NCBI RefSeq assembly: GCF_018977255.1 | Contig: NW_024704742.1 | Span: 108,562,001 to 108,626,000 of the forward strand | DNA length: 64,000 bases | Source of the DNA: Callorhinchus milii | Taxonomy: Eukaryota | Reading direction: 5' to 3' | Part shown: one piece after another, positions 39,601-54,600 of the stretch | Layout of the letters: each line of letters begins with the position of its first letter | Position numbering within the stretch: position 1 is the stretch's first letter | The notes under the pieces: model-generated | The model's database searches: none | Told to the model about the DNA's origin: nothing | What the model saw: the letters and a program-made list of their open reading frames with translations, nothing else | Made by a program: the position numbers and the translations under genes

Positions 39601-42600
39601 CTGCGCACAATTGGCTGCCGAGTTTCACCCACAAAAATATACAGTCAATTCGCTTTACAGTACATTCTGTGAATCGCTTTGAGACGTCTTGAAAATGTGA
39701 TAAGGCGCTATATCAAATGCAACAATTATTATTATTAGAAGCAAACCCCTCTGATACACTTCTCAATGGCCAATCTGGGGAAGTTGCAATGTACTTCAGT
39801 GCACCTTAACGTACTTGTGTGATAGCATTCTTCATCTACTCTCAACAGCTGCTTACTCAAGACACTGCTTACTCTATAAGCCTGCTCTGCACTATTTTAG
39901 GAGAGAATCATCAATATTATTCATTCAGTGAGTTTATGTAATGTTCTGAATTAAGACTGAATTTAAGAATTTTCCACAATTCTGCGCAATCTTAAATTTG
40001 ATTGTTCAAATCATGGTATAAGATGAGATGAGGTGGTAATCCAGGCTTGAAGATTTGTCTGGAAATGAAAAAGAATCACATTTCTAAAAATAAATTGCTA
40101 GATTTCTAAACCGAGCGGGGATTTTCCTTGCTTTCCAAGTCATTGACTAAGTCATTCAGCACCACGCAGTGAATTAGTCGCAAGCAGGATGAGAGAATCA
40201 CCTGCTCATACAGGTAAGCAATGTGATTGTTCACTGGCCTGGCTGCTCCTGCCCCAGCCACTGGATAAAGTAGGACGGTAAAAAATAAAGTTGCAAACCA
40301 CAACTTAAAACTGCAAATTTGTAGTTGTTTTTCTGTAGTGTCCGCTCCTCTCAAGGACCAATTCTGCAAAATATATATGTATATGTTTCAATATCACAAA
40401 ACTGTTGCTCAGAGACTCTGAGTCAGCAGGTTGATCTTGATTCTAAAACTTAACTGCTCAAAACCTTTCTGCCATGTTGCTTTTTATATTAATGTATTAA
40501 TGGCCACACTGGCACTTGAGCATCACTCTTGCTGTAGTTAAAAGATTTCACATTTAGTGATCTCGGGGTTTCCAGTTTTTACTTTCACACCTTATACGTA
40601 ATATGCCCTTTAAATGGGACTGAAAGGATTGCTCTTAAAAGAGCCAGCACAGACATGATGAGCCAAATAGCCTTCTTCTTACTGTAAGCTTCTATGGTTC
40701 CATGGTTCTAGTATGTTAATATATAAGTGGTTTGATAGTGCCATACATGTGCGCAAGATGATTGGAACATTTTTCCCCTTCTACTCCCCGTCCCCCATCA
40801 GCCACAATACAACTAACTGCAGCACAGGATTAGAAGGTGTGCCTGAGAAACAAACCTCCCGACTTGGAACTCTGTCATTTTTGTAGTTGGAACCATTAGC
40901 AAATCATTAACCTGATTTGTTAATGGTTCCATTAACGCTATCTAGGGGAGATGAAGGTGGGAAAAAGTCTCATAAATTCTGTGCAATGTAATGTGTGTTG
41001 TGGTTAAGTTTGTCCGTTTCCATTTAAAGATGGAAAAAAACCAATATTCATCAGGATTTTCTCCAAATCTAAGAGGACAGATTCTCATTGTTAAACATCA
41101 TTTAAAAAAATATATATTTTTTCTTACCTGAACTATAAAAGTTGCTGACTACTTGTGGTGCGTGACCAGGACATCTCTTTCTGTGTGCTTCACTTGCACA
41201 CAGTATGCTTACAGCACCTCTAACATCACTTCCTGCACATCTACCTTACAATCTGGATCTCTGCCATTTTTGTAATGGGGGTGGGGAGGGGAAATAAATT
41301 GCTAAAAATCTAAAAGCATCTGAAAAAAACAGTAATCCGTTTTCAAGTTATTTTTAATTGAAACTGGCTACCTTATATATCAGGGATAAGTTTGGGCAAG
41401 TGTGGATTGAAAAAATAGAAATTCCACCACCACGATTCAGGCCTGAGTCAGAAGATAAACCCAGCTATGGAAAGGATCCAGCCACAGCCAATGCAAGTCA
41501 CAAGCTTCTCTATTACAGTCTGCCCACAACAGCAGTAGTGTCATTGCCAGAAATCCCACAAGGTGTCAGCATGGTTCAATTGGAAGAACTCTCACCTCTG
41601 ATTCAAAAGGTTATGGGTTCAAGCTCTACATTAAGAGTTTGAACTCAGTCCAGGCTGACATTCCAGTGAGGTGTTGGGGGAGAGCTAGATGTGCTATAGG
41701 TGCCATCCTTTAGATGAGATGGTAAACTGGGGCCCAATTTGCCTATTCAGGTGGATGTAACGATCCCATAGCACTATTTGGGAGAGAAGGGAGTTTTATT
41801 GGTGTCCTGGCCAGCAATCCCCAGCTCTGTAGTGAAGTGTCAGCCTAGACTATCATCTTAAAGTCCAGATGTGGGGTATAGACCCACAACTTTCTGAATT
41901 AGGTGAGAGTGTTGGAACTGAGTAAATTGAACTGAGAATTTTATTGCACAGGACCAGATGGCAAAAAAGATTAAATAATCTCAGGCCTTCTTGGATTTAA
42001 GTAGCTACAATTAACAACTGGTTATGGCAAAGCAAATGTTAAGAATTTAGACATCCTAGTGCAGCCTTGCCTGGAATTAATCACGGAATAAATCAGGTCT
42101 GTGACATGCTGGAAACATTTTGTGCAAATATATAACTCACAAATTTCAATGGTTAAATTGGATTCTAAACATAGATGGGAAAGATTTTCAAGTTATAAAC
42201 TGATTAAAAGTTGACAGAAGAGTCGTACCTGTTTCTGCATAGGAGGTGCAGCATGTGAAGATGCCACTGCAGACTTTGTAATGACAGCTGGAGAGCTCTG
42301 TGCGAAGTCTAACGCCATAGCGTCCACAAGATCAATCTTGGTCAGAAGCTGTCAGCACAACAAACAGTAGTAAGGAACATATTTTACCAATGCAGATCTG
42401 AAATAAGCTGACTAAAGTAATAATACTAATAATCCTTACATTTGATATGGTGCTTTTCACCTCAGGAGGATGTCTCAAAGGGGAAATACATTTTGTTCAC
42501 CTCCAAATATTAAAGGCCTTGATGAAAACACTGGGAACCTGAACCCTCTGGTTTCGATACCAATATTAGTATCATAGGAGGTATTCAAGGCAGGAGTAGA

Positions 42601-45600
42601 TCATTGGTCTATCTAGCCTATGTGCTCAACCCAGTTACCTCTGATATTGCTTTATATGCAAGAAAGACAGCAAATGTTACATCCTCCTTATATAGAAAAG
42701 TAGCAATCATTCAGGTAACTGCAGTTCTAAGAATGTTAAACTGAGTTTAAAATCATTAAAAGAAAATTATTATAATCCATCAATAAAGACAGATGAGTAA
42801 CAAGTTGGATAAGGGATAATCATTACTTTTGTAAAGGATAAGTTAAATCAATTCAATAGAATTCTTAGACAGAATTATTGAGATGATAGGTAGAGCTTCC
42901 ACTACACCTGAATGGCTTTTCCAATCCTGAATTCAGGTGTATTGAACAGAAGTTAAATGTTTCCAAGAAAATCATCATCTTAATGTCTGTAATGAACCCC
43001 AATTCTCAGAAACGCATTACCTCTGGTTTCTTTCCTGAATCAGTGGGAGCAACAACAGCTGGGCCCTTTTTGTCTGCACCCTGTGGAACCATGCAAACTG
43101 CTATGAAGTCATTCAACAATGCAGATAAATCATTTAGAAATAAGCAAATGGTAAAATAGCAACAGTAGTGTCATAGAATCACTAAAAGCACATCATATTT
43201 CTATTTACAATTGGACCCAAAGGGTATTGCAGCATCAGACCAACAACTGTGCACTTCAGAACCATGTCATTGGGCAATAAACTAACTTGTTGGGAAATTA
43301 TATATCACAACTTGCAAACATGATAAACTCAAAGATAAGATTAACACATGTTCCTTTTTGATAGAAAGGTCCTGAATGAAGCTAAGTGCATACAGCAATG
43401 AGCTGAAGTGTTCTGTGTTGGGCCTCAGGGTTCAGAGATCACAAGTCAACTGTGAGGGCCAATTCACATGTCAATCGGCTGGAGTCCGATGCTCACTCCA
43501 GCGGCTCCAAGTACAGCAGCAAATTGTCATCCCAGAATTCGGGAAATAAATTGTTGAATTTGGGATTTTTCTGAGAAAAGGTTCTTTACAAATGAATTTT
43601 CACCCAAATATCTTTGTGTTTATGGTGAAAATTAGTAAATCTGAGTTGAACATTTCCTTCTTATATTTTGGGACAGAGTTTTAGAGAGTGGGGGCTTAGT
43701 GGTTGAAGCCTTGGCCACTGATGAACGGAGGGTGCAGGTAGAGGAGTGAAGATCAAATAGGTACGGAGGAGGGAAAAATTGCGAATGGATCTGAAGGTCA
43801 GACTGAGGACCTTGAAGGCAATTTGCCAGTGTACCAGAACCCACCGGAGGATGGGGGGAAATTGGTAATCAAAGTGAGAATATCGATTTCAGTCATTCAG
43901 TAAAAGATTACATTGTGAACCAGACAATCCAACAATTTCCATCCAAATATTTTCTGACACATGAGCCTATTCTGAGAGGTTAAATGCTTGGTAAAGTTAT
44001 TTGCAGCACTGACCTCAGAAGAAAATCTGTAATTGGGTGGAATCGAATCCTCCCGCTCGCCCACTTTATCTGCAAGCTTCTCATGAGCTGCTTTTTCCTA
44101 AAAACAGAAAATAAAAGTTCAAACTGTATAACAAGTACAATTCAATCACTTATATACTATGCTCCAGATCAAGGAGAGAACTATGAAGTTAGGAAACCTA
44201 AACCAACGTGTACATATTCAGCTCAAGTGAAAATTCAGTGCAGCCATGTTACAACACACCTCATCCTTTTGTGGGACATTGCTGTGCGCAATTGGCTGCC
44301 GCGTTCGCCCACAAATATACAGTCAATTCACTTTACAGTGTGTTCTGTGAAGCGCTTTGGGACGTCCTCCCGACGTGAAAAGCGCTATATCAAATGCAAG
44401 GATTATTATTATTATTATTATTATCCTAGGCAAATTCTGTTATGATGCAGGCACAGTGTAGATCCCATTCACTGTGCTTCAGTACAGCCAGTCTGCTCGT
44501 ATCCCACACCACCGTCCCCCTATACATACTCATACATACAAATTAAAATCCAAGATAATAAGATTCATGAGGCCAGCATCTTTGATACCTTAACTTCAGG
44601 CCCAGTGTATCTAGGACCCGAATGGACTGGGGCTTCTGGTTGAAGCATGTCTGAGAGTGCATCAAGAGCTCCCATATCTCCTGTTTTACCCTACAAAACA
44701 AAAGGACAAATTCTAGCTGAACTATATCTGAAAGCAAAGTCAACGGACCATAGAAAAACAGGAACAGGACCTTACACCATATATTTTGCTTGCTAGATAC
44801 AATACAGAAATAGAGAGTTTGAGAGTTTAGAGAACAAGAGTATATCTCCAATAGATTCTTGAGGCACTCAAAACTTCTTTATAAAGAAATATTTTCCCTG
44901 GATTTCCCTGGACAGCATTGTGGTTAGAGAGGTTCTATCCTCCTTTTTCTTACTGATTTGCTGATCAATGGAAATAGTCTAAAGAACATTTTCTCTTTTA
45001 TGCTGGCCTTTATATTTAAGGCCCGGATTAATTTCTTATCCTAATTCCCAATGGCGTTGATTTGTAAAACAGTCTCCCATATGATACCTTAACAAGGCTT
45101 TTAGGAAGTCTAAAATTAATGATTTTTCATTAGATCTTTATAATTCATTATTAATACAATTAACACAATTATTACAATAATTAATAAAATGATGATTATG
45201 TTTTGCAGTTAGATCTTAACCCTGTTCCTGTAAATCAGGTTAAATACCAACAGTCAGTTTCCATTATAAACATCATGAAAGATATCATATTTCCTTGTCA
45301 CTCACCTTAGGAGCTGGTTGACTTGCAGAAACTGAAAAAGCTGCTGAAGCTTTCACAGGTTCAATTTGATCCTTTGTGAAAAAGAATGAAGATGAATTAC
45401 TTCAGGTTTCATTTCTCCCAATGATCATTTCAGGCTTCCTGCATTTCTAGTTCTGCATTTAAATTTACAGCATTGCTCACAACAGTGAAATGGAACAGTG
45501 CAAAGTAATCCAGGCTGTAGCTGTTTGCAGGGTCCCACACAGACCATCTTTAAGAGTTGGGCAAGACCCACAGTTATAAAGGTAGAAACTTGCTGATAGT

Positions 45601-48600
45601 ATAAGGGTTTCTGTTGGAGGCATGGAATCTACATTTTCTAGCTGCCACCAGGGTGAAAGAATCGTTGAGCAGTAAGGGCAAGCAATACATATTCCCACTG
45701 TCCCATATTGTCCAATATTAATGTTTGTGGACGAGGGCCAACTTTCTTCAACTCAACGTCGGCAAGACCGAGGCCCTCCTGATTGGCTCGCGCCAGCGCC
45801 TCTGCACTTCAGGTGCTGGTAGCATCAGCCTCCACGGCTGCACACTCAACCTCACTAAGCCAGTCAGGAACCTGGGTGTCTTGTTTGACCCTGAACTGTC
45901 CTTTCTCCCCCACATCTGTGCCATAACCGGTACTGCCTACCACCACCTCCGCAACATTGTCAGACTCCGCCACTGCCTCACCCTCACCCACGCATTCGTC
46001 ACCTCAAGACTTAATTACGGGAACTCCCTCCTCATCGGTCTTCTCAACTCTTCCCTTCACAAGCTGCAGATCATCCAAAACTCTGCAGCTCGTGTACTTT
46101 CACGCACCAGACTCCGCGACCCCATCACTCCCAACCTCGCCGACTCCACTGGCTTCCCTTCCTCCAGAGGATCAAGTTCAAGATCCTTGTCCTCACCTTT
46201 AAAGCCATCCATGGCCTTACCCGCTCCTAACTCTCTGACCTGCTGACTCCCTACGAGCCTACCCGCTCCCTCCGTTCAGTGGGCCCTGGCCTACTCCACG
46301 TTTCCCGCCCGACCTACCATCGGTGGCCGGGCTTTCAGCCTCTCTGCCCCCATACTCTAGAACTCCATCCCACAGTCCCTTCACTCGCTTCCTCCCTTGC
46401 CTCCTTCAAGGCCGGTCTCAAGACCCTTCCCTTCGACCGTGCCTTTGGTCTCCCTCTTATCTCTCTGCCTTCCGTCACTCCTACACCACCCCTCCCCCAT
46501 GCTCAGACCCCGACACCTGATTGTTCAGTGCCTTGGGACGTCCTCCCGACGTGAAAGGCGCTCTATAAATGTAATTTTGTTGTTGTTATTGTGGGTCCCA
46601 GACAGATCCTCCTGAAGAGTTGTGTTACATGGACAACTACAGAATAGTGTTGGTGGCACAGAGCATTTTCTCTTTATCACTGGGATGAGAGGGTCATCAC
46701 CATTTCTAGATTATACAGATCACAAGAATGTTGCTATAAGACTCAGTTTAACTTAGACCCAAAAGGTTCCACATGAAAGTCAGAGCATAAACACCAGCTG
46801 CAAGCAGCATGTGCCATCATTCAGGTTCAGCACTTATAATATATAAACAACAAAATTACATTTGTATAGTGCCTTTCACATTGCGAGGACGTCCCAAGGT
46901 GCCAGAGTGACAGAGTTTCAGACCTGAGCTGGGGGTCGGGGAGGGTGGAGGGCAGTGGGGAAAACAGGGAGATCAAAAGCACAGTTGAAGAGGGTCTTGA
47001 GATGGGTCTTGAAGGAGGCAAGAGAGTGGGCGAGGCGGAGGACTGTGGGGTGGAGTTCCAGAGGGTGGGGGCAGAGTGGCAGTAGGCCCGCCCACCAATA
47101 GTGGGGCGAGCGAGGCTTGAGGGTGTATGGGGATAGGATGGGGCAGTGGGATTGAAGGGACAGTGCAGACTCAATGGGACCAATGGCCTTCTTGGCCTTG
47201 TGTGCGGTGAATTGCTGATTCTGTGATTCTATAAACCGGAAGTCTCAATTAGTGCAGTTTGCTATCATCTCATTTTACACCCAGTGGAACTCATGTTAAA
47301 ATAACCAAATCCCAATATAAATCTGTTTTTGACAAGTGTGGTCCTGGCTCTAGAGTCACATCCTTAAAAAAAATTACCACATCCTGTCCCCTTTTCCTCC
47401 GCAAAATTACATTTCCCAATGATATCTCAAGGGTTTCTATATTTGTCCTTGAACAAATGTAATATATGTAATATGTAACAGTGACATTTAGGTTGAGGTT
47501 TCAGTAACATATTTCAAATCATAGTCAAACCCTCATTTTAACTTTACCGCTTTAAGTGCATCTTCTAAGCCTTTATTCTTCCACCAAACTTCATCCACAA
47601 TCTAACAATCCCTCCTAAGATCCATACCTTTTTCTGTAGGGGTGCCGCACAATGTGACGATGGAGCGGGAGACTTTGTAATCAAACCCGGGGAGCTCTGT
47701 GCGAAGTCTAATGCCATAACATCCATGATGTCACTTTGTATCTGAGGCTGTCAGAAGAAACAAACAGTCTTGAACATATTTAAAGAAAGAGCTAGTAAGT
47801 ATATAACGAGCAAAGAACTAGCTCCTTACCATGTTGAAATATCCCCAAAATACTTCAAGTAATTGCTGTCAAAGTGACTGTTTTTTCTAGTTAAATGTGG
47901 GACTATTTGTGCCAAGAAGGTCACACAATCAGCCAAGAAAATTATTTCCACTGGTTGGTAAATCAGTAACCAGAGGGCATCAATTTAAGATAGTTAGTAA
48001 ACAAGCAAATGGGGAGGATAGGGGAAAAAAATCATGCATAGAGTAGTTAGAATATGGAATGCCCTGTCAGGAGCAGTGGTTGAGGCAGAATCCATATTGG
48101 TCTTCAAGAAGGAACTAGACAAATACCTTAAAAAGAATCAGCTACATAGGTATGGGAAAAGGGTAGATAAATGGGACTGAAAGGATTGCTCTTGAGGGAG
48201 CCGGCACAGACACAATGCTCCTAATGGCCTTCTCTAGAACATAAATTTCTGTGGTTCCAGTCCAGAGGACTCCTGCTGAGGCACCATAAGAAACTCCCTT
48301 CTCTTTTTAATACTGTTACTCGATCTTTAAAATTCTCTTGAATAGGAAAAAGAAGCGATGATTTAATATCTCATCAGAGAGTGCATCTAATAATAACATT
48401 CCCCAGTAACAATAATATTCCTTGTATTTGACACAGCACCTTATCCCACCATCAAGACATCTTCACAGATGCGCTTCACAGCATATATAGTAAAATGGAT
48501 TGTCTGCGTACTTTGGGGGTGAAACGCACTTTAGTATTGCACTGAAGACTCAAATCAGATAATTAGCTGAACTCCCGGCATGGGCTCAGACTCACAACTT

Positions 48601-51600
48601 TGCGACCCAGAGGTACTAACTGAGCTAAGGTTTGCCTTTAAATGAGAATAGTCAAAGCCCTAAAATAGAACCCAAATGAGAGACCTGAGTTCAATTCCAG
48701 GCAGGGGGAAACCTTGGGCAAGTTTCCTTACTCCACACGCCTAATAATAATCCCTCCAAAACCCAAAACAATAATAAATTGGTCATTTTCAATCTACGAC
48801 TGTTTGTGGGACATTGCTGTGCGCAATTGGCTGCCGCATTCGCCCACAAATATACAGTCAATTCACTTTACAGTGTGTTCTGTGAAGCGCTTTGGGACGT
48901 CCTCCTGACGTGAAAAGAGCTATATCAATATGCAAGGATTATTATTATAAAGCATCTTTCCTTGTACCCTTGTAGCCACTTAAAGAAAAGCAATAACTGA
49001 AAGCAGTCAAATACTAAGAAGGAATGTATGAATTGTGTGCCGGTAAATTTAACCTTGTGTCTCAGTGAGCTTTTACCTTTGGTTTCTCTGCCGGATGAAC
49101 GTGAGTGCCAACACTTGTGTCCTTTTTACTGGTAGCCTGGGAATCAAACAAACTACCATGAAATCCTTCCATAATGGAGTGTTACAATGTTGAATTAAAA
49201 CAGTGATAGAATCATTAAAAGTACATCTTATTTCTATTTACAATTGATCTCACAAATGGAAAGCTGCTTTGGTGTTCAGAGTTCTTTTGAATCATGCAAA
49301 CACAACAACAACACAATTATATTTGTATAGCGCCTTTCACATCAGGAGGACGTCCCAATATAATTCAAACAGCGATATTATTCACAGCACTGACCTCAGG
49401 GAGAAGTCTGTATTCAGGTGGTAGAGAATCTTCCCGCTCTCCCACTTTGTCGGCAATCTTCTCGCAAGCTGTTTTCTCCTAAAAAGAAATGTTTTAAAAG
49501 AAGTGAACATCACATTTCATATATTTATTTACTGTGTTCCATACAAAAAGAACACCAAAGTTAGGAAAGCTAAATACATGTGTATGTTATTCAGCTGAAA
49601 TGAGAACATGTATTCCAAGGTTCAAGTGAAACTCTTCAGTCTTTCTTTTTTGTTGTCCAGCCGGTGTCTGACACATATGAAAATCCATCGCAATGCTGAA
49701 GAGTATTTACACCAAACTGATTGTTCCATACATCCCACCTACACATGGAAATCCCTATGTATTGGAATGTGCACTCTCTCCTAGGAGGGAAGCATTCCGC
49801 TTACCTAATTCCACAAAGTATTAGTTTGAGGCTGGCAGGAACCAAGGCTAAGGGACCTAATACAATACGTTAGAGTACTGTTGGGAGTTTAACCAGCTAA
49901 AACTTCAATGTGCAAAGCAATCTCTAACAAGCTTCCCATTGCTTGTCCAGCTAGGACTGCCTTACCTGCTAAGGCTTTGGCTTGCAGGGTTAACAGGAGC
50001 TGAATGGGAAGAATTCCCCGCCCCAGTCTGCCACTCCACGTCGTACTGAATGAGCCAGGCTGCCTGGTCTGTCATCAGAAGGGCCTGGAATACTGTGGAC
50101 ACACCTGGCTCATTACTGAGAGTGCTACAGAGGTTTGACTCGATTCCAACAACCCATCTGGTTAGTTCACTTAAGACTACTTGTTTCAAACTATTGATTT
50201 CAGTTGCAAAAATAGGATGGGTTGCATAATCTAAATGGTAAAATAATAAAAGGTGAATTATCAAGATGGAATAGGTGGATAATTAAAAAAGGCAAAGTAA
50301 ATAGAGGTAAATTATAGTTACAATTTTACATCTATAAAGCACCTTTCACGTCAAGAGGATATCTTAAAGTGCTTCACAGAGCCAAATGGGAGCCTGAGCT
50401 TGGAATGGGGGGAGTCGAGGAAGAGAGGTGGGGAGGTGACCAAAAGCACGGTCGAAAAGGAAGGTCTGAAATAGTAAGTCACTGTAAGGAAAATGTGAAC
50501 TTGTAATTATGTTTAAACACAATGTACAGTAATATGAGTGATAAGCAGACATAAAGATTCATATAACTGTGTCTTTTAATACCTTAATTTGAGGGCCAGT
50601 ATACTTAGGACCTGAATGGACTGGGCCTTCTGGCAGAAGCATGTCCGAGAGCTCATCAAAAGCTCCGTGAGCATCAGTTTTACCCTATAAATAAAGGACA
50701 TCTTTCAATATTCACATAATCTCTAGCTGTACCGTATCCAAAAGCAATGCCGAATATATTATAAGTTGAAAAATGGGAAATAAAAGTTACTGCTGCACCC
50801 ACATGCACACCAAAGTCTCTCCAGTGTAGTAAAATAAAGTGCCCTGGAAGTCTTTAGGAAATCCCTTGCTTTCATCTATTAAACAACAATTTCTTGTCCA
50901 CCACCTTCCAGATAAATGCACTTGATGAAATGAACCAAAACAGATCAATTCTAGACATTTTAAAATGCAGGCAGTGCAATTTAGGTTGTGACTCAGAAAA
51001 ACACAATCTTGACCTAGGCACAACATTTCTTTGCAAAGAATTTATTACTGATCCAGGATTCAACATTTTTAAAAATTTATTTTTTTCAGCTTGGTATCTG
51101 ACACACCAGGCTTAAGAATATCCAAAACAGACTGAGTTCCATAAAAGGCAAAATACTGCAGATGCTGGATATCTGATATAAAAACAGAAGTCGCTGGTAC
51201 ACTCGGGGTGTCAGGCAGCATCTATAGAGAGAGAAAAGTGAGTTAACGTTTCAGGTCGATGAACTTTCGTCAGAACTCAGTTCCACATATGTATGGAAAT
51301 GGAATGCAACTCTCTTGCTGGATGTATGCACTCCGCCTACCTAATTCCAGAGAGTATTAGTGTGGGATGGCAAGAAGTGAGTTTGGAAGACCTCTGAGCT
51401 CCGTGATAAGACTGGGAACCATTTTAATCCGCGTGCTGTTTAGTGGATTGAAAACCAATACACCCACATTACTGAGGGACATGATTCTCCAGTTAAAAGC
51501 ATAGATTTTGACAAGAGATGGAAGCAGCAAGCTTACCTCTTTCTGCTTCGATGCGGCTGCTTGAGAGTAGGACGGTGGTGGTGCTGCAGACTTTGAAATT

Positions 51601-54600
51601 GAAGCATCAGACTTGATGTCAAAGGTCAGAGGATCTATAAGAGCTTTGTCTGTCAGAACCTGGCAGTAAAGCACACAAAGAGAATTCAGGTATATAGACT
51701 TAAAATACACGGAGTAAAATTACACCAATACAAACAGAAAACTGCTACAACCTCACCCACAGTCCTAAAGCACATATTAAACAAGTTAAAAGAAAAACAA
51801 AAAGGCCCGGGTAATAATTTGTTTCTAAAAGTTCAAGAAAAATGCAAAGTAGGATTTACCTCCCCAGGGATTGACCTTAGTTTTGTCTCTGGATAAGCAC
51901 TCGTTTTAATCTGTGGAAACAGCATTGTGTAAAAATAAAAACAAATAGTTAAATAAAAACAACAAACAAACAAACAAAAGAACTACAGTTATGATCAATG
52001 GAACCCTTGCTTTGCTGGGGGGACATTTGCAACTCTTGGAAGACTTGCTATTTTGTGCACCTCTGAGCCACCACTTAGCCTATCTGGTAATGAAGTGCTG
52101 CCTGAATTGGGATTCCGTATTTATTTCCTCTTCTCTTCCTGATGTTCAGCAAAATAACATAAGTTAACCAATTCAGAGCTAGTCCAGTGACCTCTATATA
52201 GCAAGTAGAATACTCTATCAAATAACACTATTGGTGCTAAAGTTTTCCTTTTGCTGTGAGTAGGCGCCTGGCCTTTACGTAGCAACTTCCCACCATGGGA
52301 TGATTGAAATCAATAGTGGAAAATCACAAATGCAGGAATGGTAGGCACAGACCTGAGTGTCATCACACTGTGATTTCCCAGAGGGAATATATACCAATTT
52401 ATATCATTTGAATCGTAGTTTGAACAGAATGTTGATAAATAACTGCTGCAGTGCTGCATTGTAGACATTGATGTGGACAAATTGTTTGTCTCAATCCTTA
52501 CAAACACAATCGCTACATTTAAAGGTAATTGTTGTACAGCGTTTTGAGTCGCTGCCTCCGAAGGAAGGCACCTATGGCAACTTTGCACTTTCTCAGCACT
52601 GTACTGGAGTTTCAGCCAAGATCTTGCTTGAATCCACAACCTTCTGATCCAGAGGAGAGAGCGTACTAACTGAGCCAAGCTATTGGATATCATTTGAACT
52701 AAGAATAATTATACAACTGAACCTTAGTATTTGGATCCTCTTCAAATCTGTAGTCTGGTGGTATGGTTCTCTCATCTTCCCCTAACTTCTTAATCTTCTT
52801 CTCAGATCGTGGATCTTCCTAAAAATTAGAGATAAAATGTTATTTTAAAAAGGCAAAATTTAATCGAGATTAAGGTTTCGGTGTTTCATGAGTTCCAGAA
52901 AAAGAAACTACTTGTTAGACACTAAACCTTTGATATTGCAACTTTTACATCAAGAGAAAATCTCAGTGTTTTGCAAGCATTGCATTGTTGGAGTTGCTGT
53001 CCCACAAACACCCATGAAGCAAATAGCCATTTTATCTTGAGGACCATGAGTTACTTTCTTTCTTTCTGAACAGTGCCATGGGATCTTTAAACATAGTTTG
53101 GCCTGTACATGGGAACTGTATTTCATCATTACATCTGCAACAAAATGTCACGCATACCTGAACATTGGGGCCAGTGTATTTAGGAGCTGTAGGACCAGTG
53201 TCTTCAGGCAGAAGTGTGTCTGCCAACAAACTGACAGCACTTGGATCTGATTTACCCTTTATAGACAAAAGAGCATGTTTCAATATTTTAAACAGGAATC
53301 AACTGAAATGTACTCCCAGAGCACTGTTATACATATTATACTTAAGCAAAAGGTTATTCCAACTGCAGTAAATTTTGATAATTGAATACTCAATTTGACA
53401 GTGAAAATTATTCAATAAACCAAACTAAACATTGTTCAGGAGATGAGGAGAATACATTCACGCTGCATGATGATATTCACGCTGAATGTAGTGATTTGGG
53501 ACTTGGTGTTTTTCCAGACTCAGATTAATTGTTTTATGTATGAGTGGACATGGGGAAAATTATTCAAAAAAATGAATTATTTGTATATCCAGCATTGAAT
53601 TAACAAATCTATATTCTTTGATTAGGTGTGCAAATGGTTTGATATTTCTAAATTCTATTCAATAAACCAAATTATTCAATTATCTAATTTCATGTAATAG
53701 AATTTCACTATAAAACACAGTTGGCAAGATCAATGACTATAATAATATTCTGGCTCCAAAGAGCAAAATGCGGCCAAAGGCACATTTAATCAGCTGCTTC
53801 TCTACTAATGGGTGTAAAATCCACTCGGCAGTTTTCATTGAAAACAAATCTCTCTACGGTTTCATTACAAGTCTTGTATCTGCATCACTGTGATATGAGA
53901 GCTGTAATACAACCCAAGCGAGCTGGCAATCACTGCAGGAGGTTACACACCACTTGAGAAAGCAGCTGCTGACACCGTACATTTAAAGTCACAAATACAA
54001 AAACCCTCAGATGTCTCAATTAGCCATCTTTTCATTTCAAAATTCCAAGTCCCTCTAAGATATGAATGTTGCTCCTTCATCTGGGGAGATTCTTCCACTT
54101 CAATCGATCTCCAGAACAAAAGACTTGCCATTGTACAAGTGAGGTCTTTCTCACTTCGAACTTTCTTTTGTCACAACCCATCGATCTCTATTTTATCATT
54201 CTACAATGATGTTTGCTCCTCTAAACATTCATTCACTCTTGTTCTTCACCAATTTAAATCTGCAATAATCTACACACTTCCTTCTTGCTGACTTTCACTG
54301 TTGTAAAATGAAAACTCATTGTACCATCTCCTAATTATAATACATTGTTTTCCTCCCTTCAGTTTTTCCTATGACATCCAGGCTTTCCAAGCCGGTGGTG
54401 GGCATGTTCCTAACTACTTTTTTTTAATGTATCTTGTCCTTCCTCTTATTTTTTTCAATCCTGTCCTATGTGCCTGGCCTTTGATTAAGGGAAAATGACC
54501 AAGAAGAGCTGACTATTCTGTAAACCCATCCATTATTAGAAAAGTAACTGGTTTACTGAGACCATTGGCAGCATGCCTTTTGCATGTTTCAGTGTCGATA

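Noticed and set aside
41122-41240. Strong donor CAG|gtaaga at 41128 as an internal first exon
   Set aside because: The upstream ATG hits a stop before the donor and there is no other support.
19169-53256. Repeated exons as several CAST paralogues or an assembly artefact
   Set aside because: No separate starts or stops between modules, all are phase-compatible, and copies are diverged with different insertions.
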